Below, one piece after another: positions 11,201 through 24,548 of a stretch of DNA of 64,000 nucleotides. This stretch comes from Eledone cirrhosa. Its lineage: Eukaryota. Location of the stretch: NCBI GenBank assembly GCA_964016885.1, contig OZ024740.1, positions 409,510,001 through 409,574,000 of the forward strand, in the 5' to 3' direction. The translations under genes and the position numbers were made by a program. Each line of letters begins with the position of its first letter. Within the stretch, counting starts at the first letter, position 1. Below the pieces are notes generated by a model that was not told where the DNA came from, did no database searches, and was given only the letters and a program-made list of their open reading frames with translations.

Positions 11201-14200
11201 GTCTTTTTGTCTGTGTGTGTCTGTGTGTCTGTGTCTGTGTGTCTGTGTCTGTGTGTCTGTATCTGTGTGTCAGTGTCTGTGTGTCTGTGTGTCTGTGTGT
11301 CTGTGTCTGTGTATGTGTCTCTGTGTGTCTGTGTCTGTGTGTCTGTGTCTGTTTGTCTGTGTCTGTGTGACTGTGACTGTGTGTCTGTATATGTGTGTCT
11401 GTGTCTGTATGTCTGTATCTGTGTGTCTGTATCTGTGTGTCAGTGTCTATGTGTCTGTGTGTCTGTGTCTGTGTGTCTGTGTCTGTGTCTGTGTCTGTGT
11501 CTGTGTGTCTGTATCTGTGTGTCTGTGTCTGTGTGTCTGTGTCTGTGTCTGTGTGTCTGTGTGTCTCTGTGTCTGTGTCTGTTTGTCGTGTGTCTGTGTG
11601 TCTGTGTCTGTGTCTGTGTGTCTGTGTCAGTGTGTCTGTCTCTATGTGTTTGTATCTGTGTGTCTGTGTCTTTGTGTATGTATATGTGTCTGTGTCTGTG
11701 TCTGTATCTGTGTATGTGTGTCTGTATCTGTGTGTCTGTGTCTGTGTGTCTGTATCTGTGTGTCTGTATCTGTGTGTCTGTGTCTGTGTCTGTGTCTGTG
11801 TCTGTGTCTGTGTCTGTGTCTGTATCTGTGTGTCTGTGTCTCTGTCTGTCTCTGTGTCTGTGTCTGTGTGTTTGTGTCTGTGTCTTATCTGTGTGTCTGT
11901 ATCTGTGTGTCTGTTTCTGTGTCTGTGTGTGTGTGTTAGTGTGTCTGTGCCTGTGTGTCTGTGTCTGTATCTGTGTGTCTGTATCTGTGTGTCTGTGTCA
12001 TGTTTGACTGTGCGTGTCTGTGTGTCTGTATCTGTGTGTCAGTGTATGTGTGTCTGTGTGTCTGTGTGTCTGTGTGTCTGTGTCTGTGTCTGTGTGTCTG
12101 TGTCTGTTTGTCTGTGTCTGTGTGTCTGTGTCTGTGTGTCTGTATCTGTGTGTCTGTATCTGTGTCTCTGTATCTATGTGTCTGTGTCTTTGTATCAGTG
12201 TCTGTGTGTCTGTATCTGTGTGTCTGTGTCTGTGTGTCTGTATCTGTGTGTCTGTATCTGTGTGTCTGTATCTATGTGTCTGTGTCTTCGTATCAGTGTC
12301 TGTGTGTATGTGTATGTGTCTGTGTGTCTGTGTCTGTGTGTCTATATCTGTGTGTCTGTGTCTGTGTCTGGCTCTGTGTATGTGTCTGTGTGTCTGTGTC
12401 TGTGTGTCTGTGTCTGCGTGTCTGTGTCTGTGTGTCTTTGTCTGTGTCTGTGTCTGTGTGTCTGTATCTGTGTCTGTGTGTCTGTATCTGTGTCTGTGTG
12501 TCTGTATCTGTGTCTGTGTGTCTGTGTCTGTGTCTGTATCTCTGTGTCTGTGTGTCTGTGTCTGTGTGTCTGTATCTGTGTGTCTGTGTCTCTGTCTATC
12601 TCTGTGTCTGTGTCTGTGTGTAGTGTGTCTGTGTGTCTGTGTGTCTGTGTCTGTGTCTGTGTGTCTGTGTCTATGTGTATGTATAAGTGTCTGTGACTGT
12701 GTCTGTATCTCTGTGTCTGTGTGTCTGTATCTGTGTGTCTGTATCTGTGTGTCTGTCTCTGTGTCTGTGTGTCTGTATCTGGGTGTCAGTGTCTCTGTCT
12801 GTCTCTGTGTCTGTGTGTCTGTGTTTGTGTGTTTGTGTCTGTGTGTCTGTATCTGTGTCTGTGTGTTTGTGTCTGTGTATCTGTGCCTGTGTCTGTGTGT
12901 CTGTGCTGTGTGTCAATGTATGTGTGTCTGTGTATGTGTGTCTGTGTGTCTGTGTGTCTGTGTTTGTGTGTCTTTGTCTGAGTGTCTGTAACTGTGTGTC
13001 TGTATCTGTGTCTGTGTGTCTGTGTCTCTGTGCCTGTGTGTCTGTATCTCTGTGTCTGTGTCTGTGTGTCTGTGGCTGTATCCGTGTGTCTGTGTCTCTG
13101 TATCTGTGCGTCTGTGTCTGTATCTGTGTGTCTGTGTCTGTATCTGTGTGTCTGTGTCTCTGTATCTGTGTGTCTGTGTTTGTGTCTGTGTGTGTTTGTC
13201 TGTGTGTCTGTATCTGTGTGTCTGTATCTGTGTGTGTGTGTCTGTATCTGTGTGTCTGTGTCTGTATCTGTGTGTCTGTGTCTGTGTGTCTGTGTCTGTG
13301 TCTGTGTGTCTATATCTGTGTTATGTGTCTGTGTGTCTGTGTCTGTGTGTCTGTGTGTCTGTGTGTCTGTACCTGTGTGTCTGTGTCTGTGTGTCCGTAT
13401 CTGTGTATCTGTTTGTCTGTGTGTCTGTTTGTCTGTGTCTGTGTCTGTGTCTGTGTGTCTGTGTTGCGTATCTGTGTCTGTGTGTCTTTGTCTGTGTCTG
13501 TTTCTATGTGTCTGTGTCTGTGTCTGTGTGTCTGTATCTGTGTGTCTGTGTCTGTGTGTCTGTATCTGTGTCTGTGTGTCTGTCTCTGTGTGTCTGTGTC
13601 TATGTGTTTGTATCTGTGTGTCTGTGTCTTTGTGTATGTATATGTGTCTGTGTCTGTATCTCTGTGTCTGTGTGTATGTATCTGTGTGTCTGTGTGTCTG
13701 TGTCTGTGTGTCTGTATCTGTGTGTCTGTGTCTCTGTCTGTCTCTGTGTCTGTGTCTGTGTGTCGTGTGTCTGTGTGTCTGTGTCTGGGTCTGTGTGTCT
13801 GTGTCTGTGTGTCTGTGTTTCTGTGTCTATGTGTTCGTTTCTGTGTGTCTGTGTCTTTGTGTATGTATATGTGTCTGTGTCTGTGTCTGTATCTCTGTGT
13901 CTGTGTGTCTGTGTCTGTGTGTCTGTATCTGTGTGTCTGTATCTGTGTGTCAGTGTCTATGTGTCTGTGTGTCTGTGTCTGTGTGTCTGTGTCTGTGTCT
14001 GTGTCTGTGTCTGTGTGTCTGTATCTGTGTGTCTGTGTCTGTGTATCTGTGTCTGTTTGTATGTGTCTGTGTGTCTGTGTCTGTGTGTCTGTGTCTCTGT
14101 ATCTGTGTCTGTGTGTATGTGTCTGTGTGTCTGTATCTGTGTGTCTGTGTCTGTGTCTGTGTCTGTGTGTCTGTGTGTCTGTGTCTGTGTGTCTGTATCT

Positions 14201-17200
14201 GTGTGTCTGTGTCTGTGTATCTGTGTCTGTGTGTATGTGTCTGTGTGTCTGTGTTTGTGTGCCTGTGTGTCTGTGTTGGTGTGTCTGTGTCTGTGTGTAT
14301 GTCTGTGTGTTGTGTCTGTATCTGTGTGTCTGCATCTGTGTGTCTGTGTCTGTGTGTCTGTGTCTGTGTGTCTGTGTCTGTTTGTCTGTGTCTGTGTTTC
14401 TGTGTCTGTGTGTCTTATCTGTGTGTCTGTATCTGTGTGTCTGTATCTATGTGTCTGTGTCTGTGTGTCTGTGTCTGTGTGTTAATGTATGTGTGTCTGT
14501 GGCTGTGTGTCTGTGTCTGTATGTCTGTGTCTGTGTGTCTGTGTGTCTGTGTCTGTGTATATGTGTCTGTGTGTCTGTGTGTCTGTGTCTGTGTGTCTGT
14601 GTTGGTGTGTCTGTGTCTGTGTGTATGTCTGTGTGTCTGTGTCTGTGTGTCTGTGTCTGTGTCTGTGTCTGTGTGTCTGTGTCTGTGTGTCTGTGTCTGT
14701 GTGTCTGTATCTGTGTGTCTGTATCTGTGGGTCTGTGTCTGTGTGTCTGTATATGTGTGTCTGTGTGTCTGTGTCTGTGTGTCTGTATCTATGTGTCTAT
14801 GTCTGTATCTGTGTGTCTGTGTCTGTGTGTTTGTATCTGTGTGTCTGTGTCTTTGTGTATGTATATGTGTCTGTGTCTGTGTCTGTCTTTCTGCGTCTGT
14901 ATCTGTGTGTCTGTGTGTCTGTATCTGTGTGTCTGTGTCTGTGTGTCTGCGTGTCTGTGTCTGTGTGCCTTTGTCTGTGTCTGTGTCTGTATCTGAATCT
15001 GTGTGTCTGTGTCTGTGTGTCTCTATCTGTGTGTCTGTGTCTGTGTGTCTGTGTCTGTGTGTCTGTGTCTGTATGTCTGTCTGTCTATATCTGTGTGTCC
15101 GTATATGTGTGTCTGTGTGTCTGTGTCTGTGTCTGTGTGTCTGTGTCTGTGTGTCTGTGTCTGTGTGTCTGTATCTGTGTGTCTGTATCTGTGGGTCTGT
15201 GTCTGTGTGTCTGTATATGTGTGTCTGTGTGTCTGTGTCTGTGTGTCTGTATCTATGTGTCTATGTCTGTATCTGTGTGTCTGTGTCTGTGTGTTTGTAT
15301 CTGTGTGTCTGTGTGTTTGTGTATGTATATGTGTCTGTGTCTGTGTCTGTGTCTGTCTTTCTGCGTCTGTATCTGTGTGTCTGTGTGTCTGTATATGTGT
15401 GTCTGTGTCTGTGTGTCTGCGTGTCTGTGTCTGTGTCTGTATCTGAATTTGTGTGTCTGTGTCTGTGTGTCTCTATCTGTGTGTCTGTGTCTGTGTGTCT
15501 GTGTCTGTATGTCTGTCTGTCTATATCTGTGTGTCCGTATATGTGTGTCTGTGTGTCTGTGTCTGTGTCTGTGTGTCTGTGTCTGTGTCTGTGTATCTGT
15601 GTCTGTGTGTTTGTATCTGTGTGTCGTTGTCTATGTGACTGTATATGTGTGTCTGTGTATGTGTGTCTGTGTCTGTATCTGTGTGTATGTGTGTCTGTAT
15701 CTGTGTGTCTGTGTCTGTGTGTCTGTATCTGTGTGTCTATGTGTCTGTATCTGTGTGTCTGCGTGTCTGTGTCTGTATGTCTTTATCTGTGTGTCTGTGT
15801 CTGTGTCTGTGTGTCTGTGTCTGTGTGTCTGTGTGTGTCTGTGTGTCTGTGTGTCTGTGTGTCTATGTATCTGTGTATGTGTGTCTGTGTATCTGTGTCT
15901 GTGTATCTGTGTCTGTGTGTCTGTGTGTCTGTGTCTGTGTGTCTGTATGTGTGTGTCTGTGTCTGTGTGTCTGTGTCTGTGTGTCCCTGTCTGTGTGTCT
16001 GTGTCTGTTTGTCTGTGTCTGTGTGTCCGTATCTGTTTGTCTGTGTGTCTGTGTGTCTGTGTTTGTGTGTCTGTGTGTCTGTGTCTGTGTTTCTGTATCT
16101 GTGTGTCTATGTATGTGTGTCTGTGTATGTGTGTCTGTGTCTGTGTGTTTGTGTCTGTGTGTCTGTATCTGTGTGTCTGTGTCTGTGTGTCTGTGTCTGT
16201 GTGTCTGTGTCTGTGTGTCTGTGTCTGTGTGTCAATGTATGTGTGTCTATGTGTCTGTGTCTGTGTGTCTGTGTGTCTGTGTCTGTGTGTCTGTATCTGT
16301 GTGTCTGTGTCTGTGTGTCTGTGTCTGTGTGTCTGTGTCTGTATCTGTGTCTCTGTGTCTGTGTGTTTCTATCTGTGTGTCTTTGTCTTAGTGTATGTAT
16401 ATGTGTCTGTGTCTGTGTCTGTGTCTGTATGTCGGTGTCTGTGTCTGTGTCTGCATATGTGTGTCTGTGTGTCTGTGTCTGTGTGTCTGTATCTGTGTGT
16501 CTGTATCTGTGTGTCTGTTTCTGTGTGTCTGTGTTTGTGTGGTTTTGTCTGTGTCTGTGTGTCTGTGTGTCTGTGTGTCTGTGCCTGTGTGTCTGTGTCT
16601 GTGTCTGTGTGTCTGTGCCTGTGTGTCTGTGTCTGTGTCTGTGTGTCTGTGAGTCTGTGTGTGTCTGTGTCTGTGTTTGTGTGTCTGTGTCTGTGTGTCA
16701 ATGTATGTGTGTCTGTGTATGTGTGTCTGTGTCTGTGTGTCTGTATCTGTGTGTCTGTGTCTGTGTGTCTGTATCTGTGTGTCTGTATCTGTGTGTCTGT
16801 GTCTGTGTGTCAATGTATGGGTGTCTGTGTATGTGTGTCTGTGTGTCTGTGTGTCTGTGTTTGTGTGTCTGTGTCTGTGTGTCTGTGTCTGTGTTTCTGT
16901 ATCTGTGTGTCGATGTATGTGTGTCTGTGTATGTCTGTCTGTGTCTGTGTGTCTGTGTCTGTATCTGTGTGTCTGTGTTTCTCTATCTGTGTGTCTGTGT
17001 CTGTGTGACTGTGTCTGTGTGTCTGTATCTGTATGTCTGTGTCTGTCTGTCTGTATCTACGTGTCTGTATCTGTGTGTCTGTGGCTGTGTGTCTGTGTCT
17101 ATGTGTCTGTGTCTGTGTCTTTGTGTCTGTGTCTGTGTGTCTGTGTATGTGCGTCTGTGTCTGTGCGTCTGTGTCTGTGTGTCTGTATCTGTGTGTCTGT

Positions 17201-18660
17201 GTGTCTGTATCTGTGTGTCTGTGTCCGTGTGTCTGTATCTGTGTATCTGTGTCTGTGTGTCTGTGTCTGTGTGTCTATATCTGTATGTCTGTGTGTCTGT
17301 GTCTGTGTGTCTGTATCTGTGTGTCTGTGTCTGTGTCTATGTGTCTGTGTCTGTGTGCCTGTGCCTCTGTGTGTGTGTGTCTGTGTATGTGTATGTGTGT
17401 CTGTGTCTGTGTCTGTGTGTCTGTGTGTCTGTGTCTGTGTGTTTGTGTCTGTGTCTCTGTAACTGTGTGTCTGTGTCTGTGTGTCTGTATCTGTGTCTGT
17501 ATCTGTGTATCTCTGTGTCTGTGTCTGTGTGTCTGTGTCTATGTGGCTGTGTCTGTGTGTCTGTGTTTGTGTGTCTGTATCTCTGTGTCTGTGTGTCTGT
17601 GTCAGTGTGTCTGTATCTCTGTGTCTGTGTGTCTGTGTCTGTGTGTCTGTGTCTGTGTGTCTGTATCTGTGTGTCTGTGTCTGTGTATCTCTGTTTATGT
17701 GTCTGTGTGTCTGTGTCTGTGTGTCTGTGTCTGTGTGTCTGTATCTCTGTGTCTGTGCCTGTGTGTCTGTGTCTCTGTGTCTGTGTCTGTGTGTCTGTGT
17801 TTGTGTGTCTGTGTTTGTGTGTCTGTGTCTGTGTGTATGTCTGTGTGTCTGTGTCTGTGTGTCTGTGTCTGTGTGTCTGTGTCTGTGTGTCTGTGTGTCT
17901 GTGTATGTGCGTCTGTGTCTCTGCGTCTGTGTCTGTGTGTCTGTATCTGTGTGTCTGTGTCTATGTCTGTGTCTGTGTGTCTGTGTCTGTTTGTCTGTGT
18001 GTCTGTATTTGTGTGTCTGTCTGTGTCTGTGTGTCTGTGTCTGAGTGTATGTATCTGCGTGTCTGTCTCTGTGTGTCTGTGTCTGTGTGTTTGTATCTGT
18101 GTGTTAGTATCTGTGTGTCTGTGCCCTTGTGTCTGTGTCTGTGTCTGTGTGTCTGTGTATCTGTGTGTCTGTGTCTGTGTCTGTGTCTGTGTGTCTGTGT
18201 CTGTGTGCTTGTATCTGTATCTGTGTGCCTGTGTTTCAGTGTCTGTGTGTCTGTGTCTGTGTGTCTGTGTCTGTGTGTCTGTCTCTGTGTCTGTGTCTAT
18301 GTGTCTTTGTCTGTGTCTGTGTGTTTGTGTCTCCATATGTGTGCCTGTGTGTCTGTGTCTGTGTGTATGTGTCTGTGTGTCTGTGTCTGTGTCTGTGTGT
18401 CTGTGTCTGTGTCTGTGTGTCTTTGTCTGTGTCTGTGTCTGTGTGTCTGTGTCTGTGTCTGCGTGTCTGTATACGTGTGTCTGTATCTGTTTCTATGTCT
18501 CTGTGTCTGTGTGTCTGTGTCTCTGTCTGTGTCTGTATCTGTGTGTCTGTGTCTCTGTATGTGTCTGTATCTGTGTCTGTGTCTGTATCTGTGTGTCTGT
18601 GTCTGTGTCTGTATCTGTGTCTCTGTATCTGTGTGTGTATTTGTGTTTGTGTAAATGTGT
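8287..18660. repeat. ~10.4-kb degenerate simple satellite built of TCTG(TG)1-2 / TATCTG units
   Basis: Direct inspection; rare variants recur as duplicated blocks. Confidence 0.97.
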
Positions 18661-18719
18661 GTATTTGGGGGTATGGTGTATGGGAGAGCTGGTTAAACAA
18701 ATCATGGATGGATCTATTA

Positions 18720-18863
<144 letters not shown>

Positions 18864-19294
18864 GGCCGTCACAACCCGTCATGGCCGGCATGGGCTGGGG
18901 TTTGGCTTCTGTCGATCCATTGGTTATTGATTAGGCGAAACTTGCTGATGAAACCACATACGCCGATTATGCATTGATGCATAATATATGCAGACAGAGG
19001 GCTCAGTTCAACCGACTGCTTCATTAACTGTGGCCGAAACATGAGTCCGAGTACTATTATAGGCACCCGTTTTACGTGTATTGTATTGAAGCGAATAACT
19101 ATGTGTATAATCTGGGAATGTATCCTACATGGCCTATTGAGGTCGCTGAGATACAACCGGTCCTGGCATTGATAAACATGCTGGATCCGTCAACTCCTTA
19201 TTATATATATATAACGAAGGAAGTGTGGTAAGGAACCAGATGGACCATAACGCACCAGAGTACTCATTGCTTAGGGTTGTAGAGTGGGTAATAG

Positions 19295-19404
19295 GAAAAT
19301 CTTTGACCCCGACGGCAGAGCTCAAGCCGTTTCGACGGCTATTTCTGCGTCCAGAAATAGCCGTCGAAACGGCTTGAGCTCTGCCGTCAGGGTCAAACAT
19401 TTTC
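19295..19404. repeat. Near-perfect palindrome, 53-bp arms with a 4-nt loop
   Basis: GAAAATCTTTGACCCCGACGGCAGAGCTCAAGCCGTTTCGACGGCTATTTCTG-cgtc-reverse complement, with 2 mismatches. Confidence 0.95.
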
Positions 19405-19586
19405 GTATATATATATATATATATTTATTTATTTATTTATTGACGTATAGCACGGAGCATATGTGCATAAACACATATGCACCGTGTTGTATTATGACAG
19501 TATTGTATTCGCTCAATGTAAAAGAACAGAGCCGTTATATGTAAAAGAAACCATAGAACGCTTACATACTCAAACAGTTTTTATTT

Positions 19587-19631
19587 GCTTACAATGTTTC
19601 ATCCATACCGTTTGGTAGGAATCCTCAGAGC
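19587..19631 (-). ncRNA. Minimal type-I hammerhead ribozyme motif
   Basis: GCU CUGAGGA U UCCUACC AAAC GGUAUGGA U GAAA C-AUU-G UA AGC: intact core, stem I GCU/AGC, GUA cleavage triplet. Confidence 0.75.
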
Positions 19632-20473
19632 TTAATAAACACAGTGCTGAGTATAAGCTTCACCGAGCAATCGGAATACAATAGAGGGTAAAGATAGGGA
19701 GATCGGAAATAGCGAACAAGGAGGGAGTACATGTTCGGGTTGTTAAGCACCACAGCTAAATGCTAGGGCACAAGCAGATTTCACAAGATGCAGATACAAT
19801 TGATGGCACACAAAAGCAAAAAAATAGAAGCATGGTAAAAACATAATAAAAAAAATAAAATAATAAAAAAATAAAAGGAAGATAATATAAAGAGATAAAA
19901 AGTAAATAAAAAGGTAAAACAATTTTTTTTAATTTTTAAAAAGAAAGAAATGAAAACAGAAAGAAGAAAATGTTTTAAGCACATAAAAAAGCCAGAGGAA
20001 TTTAAGCGCTGGTCCCTAATAAAACGAGTGAATAGGATCTCCGTAACTTATAGTTATATAAGCACTAAGAGGTTCTTAAGGTACATCCAGAAAGACCACA
20101 GTAATCAAAATCTCCGCCATGGTATACATTTACAAGGTATACTGGTAGGTACCTGAATTACGTAGCCCAAGAGTGTTCCACAAGCATATAGACAGGTATC
20201 ACATAAATGCAAGCCATACACAAGCAAAATAGGGTTATTACAGGATAGAGATGAGTATAAGAAGTATACTACACATGCATATTAACCGTATAGGCTAGAC
20301 CAATCGGTTACATATGTCCCGAATGTCTAGGGGTAACTCTTTGCCAGTTGGTTTTACAGTAACTAAAATAAGCTTGTGGGGCTTTTGCTTCAGCTCTATA
20401 TTACAATAACCCCGCTTTGCTTGTGTATAGTTTGCTTTATATGTGGTACCTGTCTATATACTTGTTATACTGT

Positions 20474-20479
20474 ATATAC

Positions 20480-20533
<54 letters not shown>

Positions 20534-20536
20534 GTA

Positions 20537-20601
<65 letters not shown>

Positions 20602-20640
20602 GTATATATATATATTTATATGTATATCTATATATTTATA
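20474..20640. repeat. (TA)n microsatellite forming the left flank of PLE-1
   Basis: Direct inspection. Confidence 0.97.
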
Positions 20641-20843
20641 GCGGCGATGAATTAGTTTTGCGAGGTTTTTTATATGAAATCGTGTGTCGAAACAGATATT
20701 GTTATATTTGGGGAGGGTCATATTTGCGTAATATTGCCAGAATTAATAACAGAACACACTCACTGTTTGGTTGGTTTTCGCTTCTCGCTGTCTTTTATAT
20801 ATATATATCTGCGATCTAACTTACTCGGTCCTCAATGTTGCCA

Positions 20844-23377
20844 AAGTAAACAACAATACATCTAGCAATCATAACAATAATAATATTAATGCTAATGATA
20901 GAAACAACAACAACCACCATGATAACAATAATAGCAACACACACAACTATGACGATAGAAATAACGACAACCCCTTAGAGAAACTATTTTTCAACCCAGC
21001 TGACAAAACATATAAGATGGGTAATATCTATCCTACGAGGTTACCCTTTAATAAAAGAGTTTGCATACCACAGCAAATAGATGACGAGACGGAGGCACAG
21101 TTCACCATAGCTAGAAATAAGATTAGACAAGTAGTAGACAGGTACACTATGAGACAGAGCAGACCAGAGGCCCAACAACTTGGGATAAAACCTGTAGAAG
21201 GCTTGGTTAGCCTCAAGCAGCGCACAAGGGATGGTGAGGTAGTGTGTCTACCCACAGATAAGTCTGGTAGGATGTCAATAGATAGCATGCCGAACTACAT
21301 CGAGGCAATGCAACCCCACATCACCAACACGAGCGAAGTTGCACAACTAACACACGATGGGAGAGAAAAAATCCTCAACGCTCACATGATGATGTGGACT
21401 GACATCCTAAAGCCAAGCAGACGCACTGCCAACAACTTCCAGGCGTCTAACAATGGCATACCACCCTTGTATGGGCTCCGCAAAGACCACAAGACAGTCG
21501 ACGACCCGACAACAGGACCACCAACAAGACCCGTATGCGGAGCTAATATAGCTAGCAACTACAGGATCTCCTACTTCCTCTCAATGGTTATACGCCCCAT
21601 AATCAAGATGTCCCCAGATGTATGTGAAAGTACAGAGGACCTCCTCAGCAGAATCAGTGAGTGCAACAAAAACAGGAGCCTATCCAACTGCATAATAGGC
21701 AGCATGGATGTGGTGTCACTGTACCCATCCATTAACATTGATTTTGCTGTGAAAAGATGTGTGGAGATGATCATTGAGAGTGAGGTGGAGTTCTGCGACG
21801 TCGACACAGACGAACTGGGCCTCCTACTTAGACTTACCTACGACACTGACTACCTAGACAGCCATGACCTTAGATGTTTCTGCCCTAGTAGACCTATAAG
21901 AGGTAGACCCCCCACCATAACCTCAATGGCTAAAAAGACTCCCATAGGAAGGTGGATTGGGTGGACCAAAGCTATACGGACCCCCCAAAACACTGATCAG
22001 GTAAGAAAAATGGTCGCACATGCAATAGGGGCTAGTATCAAAACTACCCTAAAGGGCCACATATTTAAGTTCAATGAGAAAATCTACACCCAAAATGAGG
22101 GAGCAGCCATCGGCGTCAGCATAGCTGGTGATGTTGCCAACCCTTTCATGGTATGGTGGGAAAGGAGACTTAAAGATCTCCTTAATGAAAGCTCCATAGA
22201 CCTCATCATGTACTCTCGTTATGTAGACGATATCAATATAGTTATAAGAACACCCCCACTAGAGAGCACTAACAAGTTTGATTTAGAACGTAGCACGATG
22301 GAAAGCATCCAGCAGATAGCTAATTCCATACACCAGAGTATAACTGTAACTATAGACTTCCCTTCCAAACACCCTAACAATAGACTACCTGTATTAGACA
22401 CAGAACTCTGGATTAACACTATAGACGAGAGAGCCCAAATTCTCCACTCACACTATGCTAAACCCATGGCCTCCAAATACCTGATACTCAAAAACTCAGC
22501 AATGTCCAGTAGTGCTAAGTTTAATATTCTGATCGCAGATTTGGTACGAGTGATGAAGAATGTGTCCAGCATGTGCGACCCAACAGAAATGGAAGGACAC
22601 ATCCAACACTTCATCAACCGCATGCAGTTCTCTGGCTACAACCAAAGAGACAGAGTCAGAGTATACGAAGGAGCCATGGAAAAGTATAAGACCCTCATAG
22701 AACTGGACATGAAAGGAATTTGCCCACTATACAGGAGCAAATCATGGAATAGCTTAGATAGGGCTAGACATAAGATAGGGAAGGCCACATCATGGTACGA
22801 CAACCAGAGATATCAGAGTGTCATGTTTGTGGACGCCACCCCTGGAGGGAAATTAGCTAACCAGTGTAGAAAGGCCCTGAGAAAGACCCACTTAAAAATA
22901 AAGGTGGTAGAAAAGCCAGGAACCACCATAAAATCCCTGATCAGCAAAACCTACCCTTTTAAGAAAACCCACTGTACCAATAGGAAATGTATCATATGTA
23001 AGGTGAACCCCCGGATAAACTGTAAAACTAGAAACGTAGTCTATAGCATAAGATGTACAGAGGGTACTTGCAGAAACATGACAACAACATACATAGGTGA
23101 GACAGCTCGTAGCATAGGTGAAAGGATAGACCAACACTGGGGGGAACTAAAAGGACGAAAAAACGGGTCAGTACTATACGAACATGCTAGACAACAACAT
23201 GATGGTAACATAGACAACATAGAAATTAGAATAATATCTAAACATAGGAATGACCCAGCAGATAGGCAAATCAGAGAGGCCAGTGAAATAGAAATTAGAA
23301 GACCAAAGCTAAACAGAAAGAATGAGTGGAACAACAACAACACCCAAACAAACAACACTGACCTAAGAGAAGTATAA
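20844..23377 (+). CDS. PLE reverse transcriptase + C-terminal GIY-YIG endonuclease (open frame, N-terminus truncated)
   Basis: Motifs TDKSGR, LYGLRKDHK, SMDVVSLYPSI, GAAIG, RYVDD, LPVLDTELW, HYAKPM, C..C...NCKTRNVVYSI.C, YIGETARS..ER..QH, RQIREA, LNRKNEW. The ORF-track start at 20771 lies inside the inverted pLTR and is not a real start. Confidence 0.93.
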
Positions 23378-23665
23378 ATAAGTAAATAAAATAAAATAAA
23401 ATAAGATAAATAAATACATACACAAGCACAATAACAACAAGCACATAAACACACACTAGTCACCCAGCAGACACAACACTATACACACTAGTCACACATC
23501 ACACATAACACTATACACACACGCAAACGCATGCGCAAAGAAGACAAAATAAAATAAGATAAACAAACAAGCAAATAAATAAATAAATATATAGACAGAC
23601 TGAACAAAAAAAAAAAAAAAAAAATGGCGTAGACATACAACACAACAGGAGGAACAATGAATATA

Positions 23666-23710
23666 ACACCACTGACGATGTTGCAGATGTGCAACGAAAG
23701 ATTTATGTAA
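23666..23710 (+). ncRNA. Minimal hammerhead ribozyme motif in the PLE-1 3' pLTR (weak stem I)
   Basis: CA CUGACGA U GUUGCA GAUG UGCAAC GAAA G-AU-U UA UG; stem I is only 2-3 bp. Confidence 0.65.
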
Positions 23711-23925
23711 ATTATGTAAACTATATATATGTGTTTGTGTCTATATTGTATCTGTATTATTTTTGACCGCCGGTCAGTCAATGGCAACATTGAGGACCGA
23801 GTAAGTTAGATCGCAGATATATATATATAAAAGACAGCGAGAAGCGAAAACCAACCAAACAGTGAGTGTGTTCTGTTATTAATTCTGGCAATATTACGCA
23901 AATATGACCCTCCCCAAATATAACA

Positions 23926-24094
<169 letters not shown>

Positions 24095-24303
24095 TCGTTT
24101 CTGAATTTGTTTAGCAAGATTCTTTATCTGAAATCGTGTGTTGAAACCGATATTGTTATACTTTGGGAGGGTCATGTTGCCAATAAGAAACACACGCACC
24201 AGTTGCTTTCACTTCAATTTATTATAATAAATTTATAAATTTAGGAATTTATAAATTTCTGGTTGGTTGGTTGGTTCCACAACCAGATAGTTGTTTATAT
24301 ATT

Positions 24304-24346
24304 GTCAAAGTTCTTTCGTCACACATTCTGTGACCTCTTCAGTGAC
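24304..24346 (-). ncRNA. Minimal type-I hammerhead ribozyme in the PLE-2 3' pLTR
   Basis: GUCA CUGAAGA G GUCACA GAAUG UGUGAC GAAA G-AA-C UU UGAC: stem I GUCA/UGAC, 6-bp stem II, 1-bp stem III, CUU triplet. Confidence 0.85.
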
Positions 24347-24548
24347 TGGGATTCTTTTCTTTGTTTTTGTGCCTCTCCTTTGTTCTGTCCTACGCCATTT
24401 TGTTTATGTGTGTGTGTTGTGTGCTCAGTTTGCGCATGCGCCACATCCGGGTGTCTGTGTGTGTTTATGTTCATTTATTTATTTGTTTATTTACATGTTA
24501 CTGGTTGGTTGTTTGTTCTATGTGTGTGTGTGTGTTTTCATTTTGTCC

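Noticed and set aside
18936-18960. GAAAC...CTGATGA words
   Set aside because: No supporting helices in any HHR topology.
23795-23870. PLE 5' intron suggested by GA|GTAAGT in the PLE-1 pLTR
   Set aside because: No convincing polypyrimidine acceptor and no equivalent donor in PLE-2.
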